Shown one piece after another: positions 57,134 through 64,000 of a stretch of DNA of 64,000 bases (position 1 is the stretch's first letter; each line of letters starts with the position of its first letter). The stretch comes from Thermoplasmata archaeon. Its GTDB lineage: Archaea > Thermoplasmatota > Thermoplasmata > UBA10834. Under the pieces are notes generated by a model, which was given only the letters and a program-made list of their open reading frames with translations, was not told the DNA's origin and ran no database searches. The stretch spans positions 10,632 through 74,631 of the forward strand of contig JBFESP010000002.1 of NCBI GenBank assembly GCA_041548485.1. The letters are read 5' to 3'. Position numbers and translations under genes: made by a program.

Positions 57134-58231
57134 ATGGCCTATGCAATACTCGACAACTCCAGCCTACTTCGGGGGTTATTGTCAGGGATGATTCGTTTTG
57201 GCTCGGCCGGAATACCACTGTCCTGCAAGGGGAGGACCCTGAGGGACGGTATAGCGGACGTACACAACCTGGGCCTGACCGCCATGGAAGGGCAGCTCGT
57301 CAGGGCGAGTGTGCAGGAGAGGTCTGCCGAATCCGAGGAGATTGGCTCTTCTCCGAGGGAACTCGCGACAGACATGGTTATCGAAATCGTTCGACGGAAG
57401 GACACGAAGGATGAGATTATATCGGACCTCGACGAGCCAATAAAGAGCGGCGACACCCTCGTCGTCCTCTCGAGCGGTATCACCAGAAGCTACTCGGAGC
57501 TGAGAGACCTGAGGATGATGGCGGAAGAACTCGACGTCCAGCTCTCGATACACACACCATACTATATGGACATCATAAGCGAGGGGGAACTCTGCTTCAA
57601 GAGCATGGACTCGATCAGATGGGCGGGACTCATAGCGAACGAGCTTGGAGCCAGGATGGTGGTGACCCATATCGGGCTCTACGGCGACGTCACCGCCAAG
57701 ACCGCTCACAAGAGAGCCAAGGAGAGACTCGCTGAGCTCGCGAAGTGGTACAAGAAGCACGGCATCAAAACACCCATCGGCCTGGAACTCAGCGGAAGGC
57801 AAGAGGTCTACGGGTCGCTGAGCGAAGTCACCAGACTCTGCAAGGACACGAAACAACTCGTTCCTGTGATCAACTTCGCCCATTACCACTCGAGGGAGGG
57901 GGGTTTGCTCAGGGAGCCCAAGGATTTCGATAAGTTGTTGGATACCGCGAAGGCTGTGTCAGATGGAGAGGTATACACCCACTTCTCCGGCGTGGAGCAC
58001 GAAGGGGGTAACGAGAAGCGGTTCACTTCAATCAAGAAGGGTGACCTCCGGTTCGAACCTCTGGCCGAGGCGCTGGTGGACAGAAACGAACCCACCACAG
58101 TCATCTCCAGCTCCCCCCTCCTGGAGCACGATGCGATGTACATGAAGGTCATATTGGAGAGGGTGCTCGCCAAGAAGGTCTCGAAGGAGATGAAGGACGA
58201 CTCAAAGAAGAGGAAAGCTGGATCGAAATGA
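57134..58231 (+). CDS. endonuclease IV / xylose-isomerase-like TIM-barrel family protein (AP_endonuc_2), with an insertion of about 45 aa relative to E. coli Nfo
   Basis: IRFGSAGIP..., QLSIHTPYY, RMVVTHIG, IGLELSG, VINFAHYHS, THFSG parallel the Nfo metal-ligand blocks, but some ligands appear substituted. Start uncertain (57134 or 57188). Confidence 0.5.
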   Translation: MAYAILDNSSLLRGLLSGMIRFGSAGIPLSCKGRTLRDGIADVHNLGLTAMEGQLVRASVQERSAESEEIGSSPRELATDMVIEIVRRKDTKDEIISDLDEPIKSGDTLVVLSSGITRSYSELRDLRMMAEELDVQLSIHTPYYMDIISEGELCFKSMDSIRWAGLIANELGARMVVTHIGLYGDVTAKTAHKRAKERLAELAKWYKKHGIKTPIGLELSGRQEVYGSLSEVTRLCKDTKQLVPVINFAHYHSREGGLLREPKDFDKLLDTAKAVSDGEVYTHFSGVEHEGGNEKRFTSIKKGDLRFEPLAEALVDRNEPTTVISSSPLLEHDAMYMKVILERVLAKKVSKEMKDDSKKRKAGSK

Positions 58232-58764
58232 AGGAGAGCACCGACTACATAATGAAGTTCATTCGAGACACCCTCGACGATGTCATCGAGGGCACTGAGA
58301 AGTTCGTGGACTTGATCATATCCTCACCGAAGATCTTCATCTACGGGGTTGGACGGTCCGGGTTGATAGCCAAGGCATTTGCCATAAGGCTCGTTCAGAT
58401 GGGGCTCGAAGTGTACTTCGTCGGGGAGACCATCACCCCAATCGTAGGGGAAGGTCACCTCGTGATCATAGTCTCGCACACCGGCGAAACCATGTCATGC
58501 ATACAGACGGCGAACATAGTCAGACGAGTCGGGGCGAAGGTCATTACCATCACGTCGAACGACCATTCGAAATTGGCGACTGCGTCGAATCTCGTGATTC
58601 AAATCAAGCCCGAGGAGGATGGGGACAGAAAGAGACTCGCGCCCCTCGGGACGCTGTTCGAAGACGCAACTCTCGTCTACCTCGACGGCATAGTGGCACA
58701 GATCATGGACAAACTCGGCCAGAGCGAGGGGTCGATGCGCAGACGTCATGCGATATGGGTATGA
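58228..58764 (+). CDS. SIS-domain protein, probable 6-phospho-3-hexuloisomerase
   Basis: Single SIS domain (IFIYGVGRSGLIAKAFAIRLVQMG, VIIVSHTGET), about 170 aa as for archaeal PHI. Confidence 0.55.
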   Translation: MKESTDYIMKFIRDTLDDVIEGTEKFVDLIISSPKIFIYGVGRSGLIAKAFAIRLVQMGLEVYFVGETITPIVGEGHLVIIVSHTGETMSCIQTANIVRRVGAKVITITSNDHSKLATASNLVIQIKPEEDGDRKRLAPLGTLFEDATLVYLDGIVAQIMDKLGQSEGSMRRRHAIWV

Positions 58765-58771
58765 GCCGTGG

Positions 58772-60007
58772 TCAGGAGTCCTTCGACTCATCCCCACCTG
58801 GGATGTCATCGGGACGGCGAGCCTTCCGCCTCATCCTACGTGCGATGAATATCAGAGAGACCAGAGCGACGAATCCACACACCACGACGAAGGCGATGAT
58901 ATGTTCCTGGATCCAGTCTCTTACGCTTCCGATGAATCCGGATTCATAGATTCCCAACGTCGAGCCATGAGAAACCATGGTCGTACGGTTGTCCACTGGA
59001 AGAATGGTGTGCAACACCATTCCTGCACCAGTAGTGAAGTAGGATGAGTCGACGAGAGCGGAAGTACCGGAGACCACCCCATCCATCATAGCCTCGGTCT
59101 CCCAGAAGTAGAATGCCTGGACGACACCGTCTTCCTTCGCGAACCGGGTCTTCTGCACCAAGTCCGATGTCTCCCTGAACTCATGGGAGTAGTTCTCCTC
59201 CATCTCCCTTTCGTCCACCAGGGCGGAGACCTCCGTCGTTGCCGTGCCGCCGATCGGTGAATCCTCCACCAACTGGAACATATTCGTTGAGCCGCCACCC
59301 TGGAGCATCTGCTCGAGCACGACACCATCAACATCGACATGGTCGTTCAGCCTCAATGTGAAATTCATCCTCATCTGCGTCTTGCCGTCGATGATGTAGG
59401 TTCCACCAGGGCTCTCGCAAACCACAGACTCCTCGGCAAGGAAGAACCAGAACGACAGCAATGCCCAATCAGGAACCACGAGAGTCTCGTTCTCGCCGAC
59501 GACATAGGCGTGGACGGAGGCGTTCATGCCGACAACGACATACTGGCCATACTGACTGCTGTGGCCTTGCTCGGGCGTCGAGAGGTTCCAGTCCACGTGG
59601 TTCGAATCAAGGAAGACGGTGAACTCTGCCTCCGGCGGGTCGAAAATGCCATCTCCGTCTGTGTCGTTGAACAGGTACATCCTGGGGCACCCCACCTCGA
59701 ATGTCGGGCTGAAGGGGTCGAGTTCATGCCTGAATATCACCCTGGGCCAGTCGCTAGTGATAGCCACGCTGAAATTCCCCGAGAGCAGGTTGATCTTATG
59801 TGGAAGGTCTATGCTGACGTACAGCTCGTAATCATCAGAATCGGCGCCGCTGGAGACCATGGTCGAAGTGACCAGCATGGCGAGGCCAAGCGAGGCAGCG
59901 AGAATCCTCTTCGGAGCTGCAGCAGCCACCGTTCTTCCTCGGACGACCACAAGACGCACGTGGGGAAAAAGTTTCTCATGCAGGGGCGAAGCTGTCGACG
60001 GCCACAC
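58772..60007 (-). CDS. secreted surface protein with an N-terminal signal peptide and a C-terminal transmembrane anchor plus basic tail
   Basis: ILAASLGLAMLVTSTMVSSGA signal-like segment, several N-x-S/T sequons, C-terminal IIAFVVVCGFVALVSLIFIARRMRRKARR anchor. Directly downstream of the JAMM gene on the same strand. Confidence 0.5.
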   Translation of the reverse strand: MWPSTASPLHEKLFPHVRLVVVRGRTVAAAAPKRILAASLGLAMLVTSTMVSSGADSDDYELYVSIDLPHKINLLSGNFSVAITSDWPRVIFRHELDPFSPTFEVGCPRMYLFNDTDGDGIFDPPEAEFTVFLDSNHVDWNLSTPEQGHSSQYGQYVVVGMNASVHAYVVGENETLVVPDWALLSFWFFLAEESVVCESPGGTYIIDGKTQMRMNFTLRLNDHVDVDGVVLEQMLQGGGSTNMFQLVEDSPIGGTATTEVSALVDEREMEENYSHEFRETSDLVQKTRFAKEDGVVQAFYFWETEAMMDGVVSGTSALVDSSYFTTGAGMVLHTILPVDNRTTMVSHGSTLGIYESGFIGSVRDWIQEHIIAFVVVCGFVALVSLIFIARRMRRKARRPDDIPGGDESKDS

Positions 60008-60023
60008 GAGGGGGATGATGCCT

Positions 60024-60647
60024 TCAGCCTTGCGTGCTAGCCCTGAGACGCCTCAACTTCGGCCCGCCCTCAGAGACGAGCGCAAACGGCACTTCGGCGT
60101 ATCCACCCTCCGAGAGTTTGAAGACCTTGACCTCCCTGTTGACTGGATCGACCACCAGAGCACAGTGATAAGGCTGGTCGAAAAGGGTTCTCTGGGTACG
60201 CAGATCGGTCCGGGAGAGGAAACATGTGTGTCCGGGATGGGAATGGTACCATCCGACTATGACGTAGTCGAATCCCGCACCGTCGAGTTCCTTGAAGAGC
60301 CCTGGCAACGCGTCCGGATCGAACCTGACCTTAGCCGGCGTATTCTCTAGGTCGGTCGTCCCGATGTTCATGACCACGGCATAGGCTTTCCCCCTCCATA
60401 CACTCACCTCGCCCAGCAGTAGCCCCATGACTTCTAGGCGGTCCGGGGCGGCCTTGACCGCCTGGTGCCGTATTCTGCTCTCAGCCAGCGTCGAAATGTA
60501 CAAATCGAACGCCTCTCCGGACCTTGACATCTCCTCGTACAAGCCAATCGACTCCTCGGATAGCCAATCATGTGGACGAGGGGCCACTGGTGGAGCGCGT
60601 TCAGGGACATCCCTCCTGCTCTCTCCAACGACTTTAGGCCTGGCCAT
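60024..60647 (-). CDS. JAMM/MPN+ metalloisopeptidase (Rpn11/HvJAMM-like deubiquitinase/desampylase)
   Basis: EVMGLLLGE (conserved Glu), VGWYHSHPGHTCFLSRTDL (H-x-H-x7-S-x2-D JAMM zinc motif). Confidence 0.85.
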   Translation of the reverse strand: MARPKVVGESRRDVPERAPPVAPRPHDWLSEESIGLYEEMSRSGEAFDLYISTLAESRIRHQAVKAAPDRLEVMGLLLGEVSVWRGKAYAVVMNIGTTDLENTPAKVRFDPDALPGLFKELDGAGFDYVIVGWYHSHPGHTCFLSRTDLRTQRTLFDQPYHCALVVDPVNREVKVFKLSEGGYAEVPFALVSEGGPKLRRLRASTQG

Positions 60648-61161
60648 TCATCTCACCGATGACCCTGATGCGCCTATCGGACTGGTCGACCGATACGGGG
60701 GGTGTGTACGCGCTGCGGTTGAAGTATTCGGCCGCTCTCGTGCATGTGTCGCTGCCAAAAGGGTTGGCGGGATTCGGATTCACGAGGAGCCACTCGATCC
60801 CTCTCACGAAGGCGAGAAGCGTCGAGCTGAAGTCCCAGTTCTCAAGAAGCTTCGTACAGACGTAACCGCCGTCCTCCGGCGGCATTATGTTCGGATGGAA
60901 TATAGCCGTGCGCCACTTCACGATGGGCTTCTCTGCGGGGTACTCATCGGTGATCAAGACCGCCATCCGGTGGACGAACCGATGAACCACCTTTCCGTCT
61001 TCCCAGCACGGACCCGGTACACGCAGGAACGTCACGTTGATGAGTATCGGGAATGAGGAGAGCCAGGAGTCAGATACCGATATGTGGTGTCTCAGCTCCC
61101 GCTGGCATATCTCTACCTCGTTCTTCAGCCTGATCCGCAGAACGTCCTTTGGGAGGGCCAT
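60634..61161 (-). CDS. UBC-fold ubiquitin-conjugating enzyme (E2)-like protein
   Basis: AIFHPNIMPPEDGGYVCTKLLENWDFSSTLLAFVRGIEWLLVNPNPANPFG reproduces the E2 active-site signature: HPN, catalytic Cys 10 residues later, W, and the LL..PNP..P motif. Confidence 0.85.
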   Translation of the reverse strand: MALPKDVLRIRLKNEVEICQRELRHHISVSDSWLSSFPILINVTFLRVPGPCWEDGKVVHRFVHRMAVLITDEYPAEKPIVKWRTAIFHPNIMPPEDGGYVCTKLLENWDFSSTLLAFVRGIEWLLVNPNPANPFGSDTCTRAAEYFNRSAYTPPVSVDQSDRRIRVIGEMNGQA

Positions 61162-61166
61162 CTTGA

Positions 61167-61355
61167 CTATCCGCCCTCGGGGTCGGGAATGAGCTCCAGC
61201 GTGTCGTCTTCCCGGACACCTGCATCCTTCAGGGCGGTGCTGCCCCTGAGCACCTTCTTCCCTTTGCGAACCACATACGCGCCCATATCCTTGTTCCAGA
61301 AGGTGGCTGCGCTCTCGATTATCTCGTCGACCGTGTTCTCGTGATCCAACTCCAT
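61167..61355 (-). CDS. ubiquitin-like small protein (beta-grasp) ending in Gly-Gly followed directly by the stop codon
   Basis: 62-aa ORF MELDHENTV...GKKVLRGSTALKDAGVREDDTLELIPDPEGG*. Its size, C-terminal GG and position between the E1 and E2 genes support the call. Confidence 0.7.
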   Translation of the reverse strand: MELDHENTVDEIIESAATFWNKDMGAYVVRKGKKVLRGSTALKDAGVREDDTLELIPDPEGG

Positions 61356-61466
61356 CTCAACCGTAGCACCTGTCTCGGCGTTCTTGACCTTGATTCGGTA
61401 CGGCAGAAAACCACCAGTGTCTGGACCGCTGAGACGACCTTAATCCTTTCGCCTACGTGTAGTCGC

Positions 61467-62282
61467 TCATCTGGCGTGAACGGGGCATGATGGATCGATG
61501 GGTACCTCGAACTCCTCTGAGACGTTACGCCTTCCATCGTAGTAGAACGCGGTCGAAAGCAACAGATCCTCCCGACCGGATACAAACTTCAACGCTTCAC
61601 GAACCATTACAGCCGATATCACGCTCGTCGTCGTGATCTCGGCAGCCAACCTCGGCTCGTGGAAGACCACATCCGCACCTGTGCAACTGAACCGGATTCC
61701 TGCCACACGCGCGTGTGAGCTGTTCATCCCACACTGAAGGCATGGGCCCTCAGGAGGACTCACAATCGCCACCTTCCCCGAGAGACCATCCATTCCGCCA
61801 TCAATGTATGGTTTGTTGGAGTGGTACGAGTGAGAGTTCACGTGCATCCTCGCGACGATGTTGTCCAGACATCCGAGAACGATATCATGCCTGGTGAAGA
61901 TGTCGGGTGGGGCGCGCTCCACCGGCTCGGTGACAGCCTCTACCTTGAGTCCTTCTCCGATGCGCTCCATGCCCCTTGCTAGCGCTTCCGCCTTGAACCT
62001 CCGGCCCCCCGAATCATTCATGTTGAAGAATAGGCATCGGTTGAGGTTCGAGCCCACCACGCGGTCCATATCCACTATCGTCACTTTCCGAAACCCGGAC
62101 AGTGCAAGGTTCTTGCCGACCTCGTTCCCGAGAGCTCCTGCTCCCACCATGAGCACCTTCGCCCTGAATATCGCGTCCACGTCCAGCCATTCGATCCTTC
62201 GGGACCTGTCGAACCTATCCTCGTCCGTGGCGCCAGGGCGGATGACTTCCTCCATGGCGGGGTAACGAGCGAACTGGCACAA
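61467..62282 (-). CDS. ThiF/MoeB/E1-like ubiquitin-activating enzyme
   Basis: KVLMVGAGALGNEVGKNLALSGFRKVTIVDMDRVVGSNLNR (Rossmann ATP-binding plus the SNLNR motif of E1/ThiF/MoeB), and the C-terminal CLQC...C..C zinc motif region. Confidence 0.85.
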   Translation of the reverse strand: MCQFARYPAMEEVIRPGATDEDRFDRSRRIEWLDVDAIFRAKVLMVGAGALGNEVGKNLALSGFRKVTIVDMDRVVGSNLNRCLFFNMNDSGGRRFKAEALARGMERIGEGLKVEAVTEPVERAPPDIFTRHDIVLGCLDNIVARMHVNSHSYHSNKPYIDGGMDGLSGKVAIVSPPEGPCLQCGMNSSHARVAGIRFSCTGADVVFHEPRLAAEITTTSVISAVMVREALKFVSGREDLLLSTAFYYDGRRNVSEEFEVPIDPSCPVHAR

Positions 62283-62292
62283 AAACCTTCAG

Positions 62293-63459
62293 TTAGTTCC
62301 AAACCAGTTTGCCGTCGACCATCAACAGCTTCTCCTTCGCAGGATCCTTTCCAACAACCGCGATCGTCGGCGATTTGACGAGCCCGTCCAGATGGATCAG
62401 CGCGTCTGCGTCGCCATCGTAGTTGCTGCCGACAGCGAAATGGCATGTGCCGTACACCTTCTCATCCTCAAGCATGTTGGCGACTATCCTGGCCTTCCTG
62501 TTCAGGCCGATCCCGAGCTCTCCTATGGCGCTCGAGTTCCTCTCGTACTTCCGAGCCTCTGAGGCTTTGAGCTCTCCCTTGGCCGCCATCTTCCTCGTGT
62601 TGCGTTCGCCTAGCCGTATGGATTTCCTGAGAAGGTCTGCCTCGGATGAGCCGGTGATCCTCTTGGCGAACCCGTCCTCGACGTCGACCACGATTGGCCG
62701 GCGAATCACTATCTCTCCGTCGTTGAGGGCGATCGAACCGTCGAACGCTATCGTGCCGTTGGTGGATCCAAGCGCGGGGGATATGTAGACCTCTCCGGAG
62801 GGGACGTTACCGGCGCTCCCGAGCTTCCTGAAGTCTCCGTCGTCTGCCTTCGGATGCCTCCCCCTAACACCGACCGTTATGTCGGTGCCGGAGGGCGCGG
62901 TCACCCTGATGGCGTATGAGTTCTTGAGCGCCTGAACGACACGTCTGCAATCGGCCCTGAGCACGCCATAATCTATCGGAACCGTCCTGGCGAAGCTGTC
63001 AGGAGTGATGCCGGGGGACCAGAAGGCCCGCATCCGGCCTTCGCCATAGAGCATGTCGAACAAGCTGTCGTAGCTCCGCTTCCCCTTGTACCCGTGCTTG
63101 AGTCCGTGCCGGTCCATACCCATGCGGTCCTTGCTTATCGACACGGTCGCCTGGGGCTCTGCGGAGAGGGCTCTCATCACCTCATCCTCGGTGTAGTCGA
63201 ACTGGCCCTTCTCCTTCTGGAACGCCAGGACTGGCACGGCCTTCGATTCCAGGGCCGCATCAAACAGAGCCATCGCGACATCGCGTGTGCCGGGGTTCGG
63301 GTTGGAGATGATCAGAAACCGATCGTTGCGCTTGATGGCGAGAACATCCTTCATCGCAGCTCGAGCGGCCCTCACCAACGAGCGGGAATACGCCTTCCCA
63401 CCCCCGAAGCCGACAGATTCGGGCATACCCACGTAAAGCCACCCGTCCCTCTTAAGCAT
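62293..63459 (-). CDS. M29-family aminopeptidase (aminopeptidase T / AmpS-like)
   Basis: GTDITVGV, PSGEVYISP, HFAVGSNY, IHLDGLV blocks parallel Thermus aminopeptidase T (GTDLTVGL, PTEEVFTAP, HIAFG, VHVDWMI). Confidence 0.7.
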   Translation of the reverse strand: MLKRDGWLYVGMPESVGFGGGKAYSRSLVRAARAAMKDVLAIKRNDRFLIISNPNPGTRDVAMALFDAALESKAVPVLAFQKEKGQFDYTEDEVMRALSAEPQATVSISKDRMGMDRHGLKHGYKGKRSYDSLFDMLYGEGRMRAFWSPGITPDSFARTVPIDYGVLRADCRRVVQALKNSYAIRVTAPSGTDITVGVRGRHPKADDGDFRKLGSAGNVPSGEVYISPALGSTNGTIAFDGSIALNDGEIVIRRPIVVDVEDGFAKRITGSSEADLLRKSIRLGERNTRKMAAKGELKASEARKYERNSSAIGELGIGLNRKARIVANMLEDEKVYGTCHFAVGSNYDGDADALIHLDGLVKSPTIAVVGKDPAKEKLLMVDGKLVWN

Positions 63460-63513
63460 TGAGCCTGGCAGCCGCGGTGACGAGTCGGTGACTGTATGGT
63501 GCCGCTGGCGGTT

Positions 63514-64000
63514 CTACCTGTTGAGGTAGTCCGTCGGCACGACGGACCCGATCATCTCCTTGTCGTACTTGGACAGGAGCGACAGGACCTCCTTCTTCGC
63601 CCCGGTCTCTATCGGAGCGCACCTGTGCTCAGATATGAGACGCTTCGCTTCCTCCCTAGCGGCCAGCCGCATAGGCTCCTCCGCGCTTCCAGCCACGGGA
63701 GGCATCATCGCGAGCTTCGGCAGCATGTTCTCGTTTCTGAAGTGTCTCAAAGTGTGAGGGTCCTTCATGAAGTACCCGCCTGGGCCGACCCGCGCAATGG
63801 CGTCGAAGGCCATGGTGGCCTCGTTGACGTCCACTCCCCTCCATGCCCTCAGCACGTTTCGCCACATCTCGCAGTCCATGACGACCTGTTCCACAGACTC
63901 GCATCCTGATCGTTCGAATCCGCCCACGCCGACGACTTGGTCCGCGCCGGCCATCGCGGGCAGCAGTCCGCTTATCGCCTTCTGATAGCCGATCTCGAAA
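63514..64000 (-). CDS. MttB-superfamily (trimethylamine / glycine-betaine:corrinoid) methyltransferase, C-terminal part only; the N-terminus lies beyond the window edge
   Basis: The frame is open to position 64000. DAIARVGPGGYFMKDPHTLRHFRNE resembles the conserved MttB C-terminal block (EVGPGGHFL...HTR.H). Confidence 0.55.
   Translation of the reverse strand, partial: FEIGYQKAISGLLPAMAGADQVVGVGGFERSGCESVEQVVMDCEMWRNVLRAWRGVDVNEATMAFDAIARVGPGGYFMKDPHTLRHFRNENMLPKLAMMPPVAGSAEEPMRLAAREEAKRLISEHRCAPIETGAKKEVLSLLSKYDKEMIGSVVPTDYLNR

Noticed and set aside
61356-61466. Looked for a small RING/zinc-finger E3 gene between the E1 and Ubl genes, as in the Caldiarchaeum operon
   Set aside because: The only ORF there (61319-61585 minus, 88 aa) overlaps E1 in another frame, lacks a C3HC4/C4C4 pattern and is Arg/Ser-rich, so no E3 was called.
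1-64000. CRISPR arrays, rRNA genes, transposases/integrases and prophage hallmarks
   Set aside because: No direct-repeat/spacer periodicity, no IS-like inverted repeats bounding a transposase, and no integrase adjacent to the tRNA genes were seen. The tRNA-flanking genes are ordinary housekeeping or hypothetical genes.

Overview
The window is a GC-rich (about 60%) archaeal chromosomal segment that is densely coding on both strands. A euryarchaeal or Thermoplasmatota-like genome is my impression only; it is not proven here. Informational genes are typically archaeal: thermosome, PAN, Hef, RpoL, RpoN, the L18e-L13-S9 ribosomal operon, archaeal-type GluRS and CysRS, TruD, archease, and four tRNAs (Arg-CCT, Thr-TGT, Cys-GCA and Pro-GGG), the last two with an encoded CCA. 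Several bacterial-type modules are embedded among them: a grpE-dnaK-dnaJ operon, an iscS-iscU pair divergent from a second SufS-like cysteine desulfurase, and a CBS protein with an HPF/RaiA-like tail. Metabolic genes include pyrD/pyrK, a cysK-cysE-cysS-radical SAM cluster next to tRNA-Cys, UbiD, NadX, PGK next to a GfcR-like regulator, PanE, ThiL, a LarA-like racemase beside a CCG-domain Fe-S oxidoreductase, FolP, and a partial MttB-family methyltransferase at the right edge. The most striking feature is a compact co-directional minus-strand cassette at about 60.0-62.3 kb. It encodes a ThiF/E1-like activating enzyme, a 62-aa ubiquitin-like protein ending in Gly-Gly followed directly by the stop, a canonical UBC-fold E2 with an HPN..C..W..PNP signature, and a JAMM/MPN+ isopeptidase. 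Together these form a eukaryote-like (or Bil-like) ubiquitin conjugation system with no recognisable RING E3, flanked upstream by an M29 aminopeptidase and downstream by a signal-peptide surface protein. Other notable items: three tandem small proteins with pilin-like N-terminal hydrophobic segments (4.2-5.7 kb) and a distant FlaK-type prepilin peptidase (47.3 kb). There is also a 242-aa protein built from five tandem zinc-ribbon modules, two paralogous PflA-like radical SAM genes flanking the peptidase, and a Hef whose ERCC4 nuclease motif looks degenerate. No CRISPR array, rRNA genes or obvious mobile elements were seen. All calls rest on reading the translations by eye; nothing was searched against a database.
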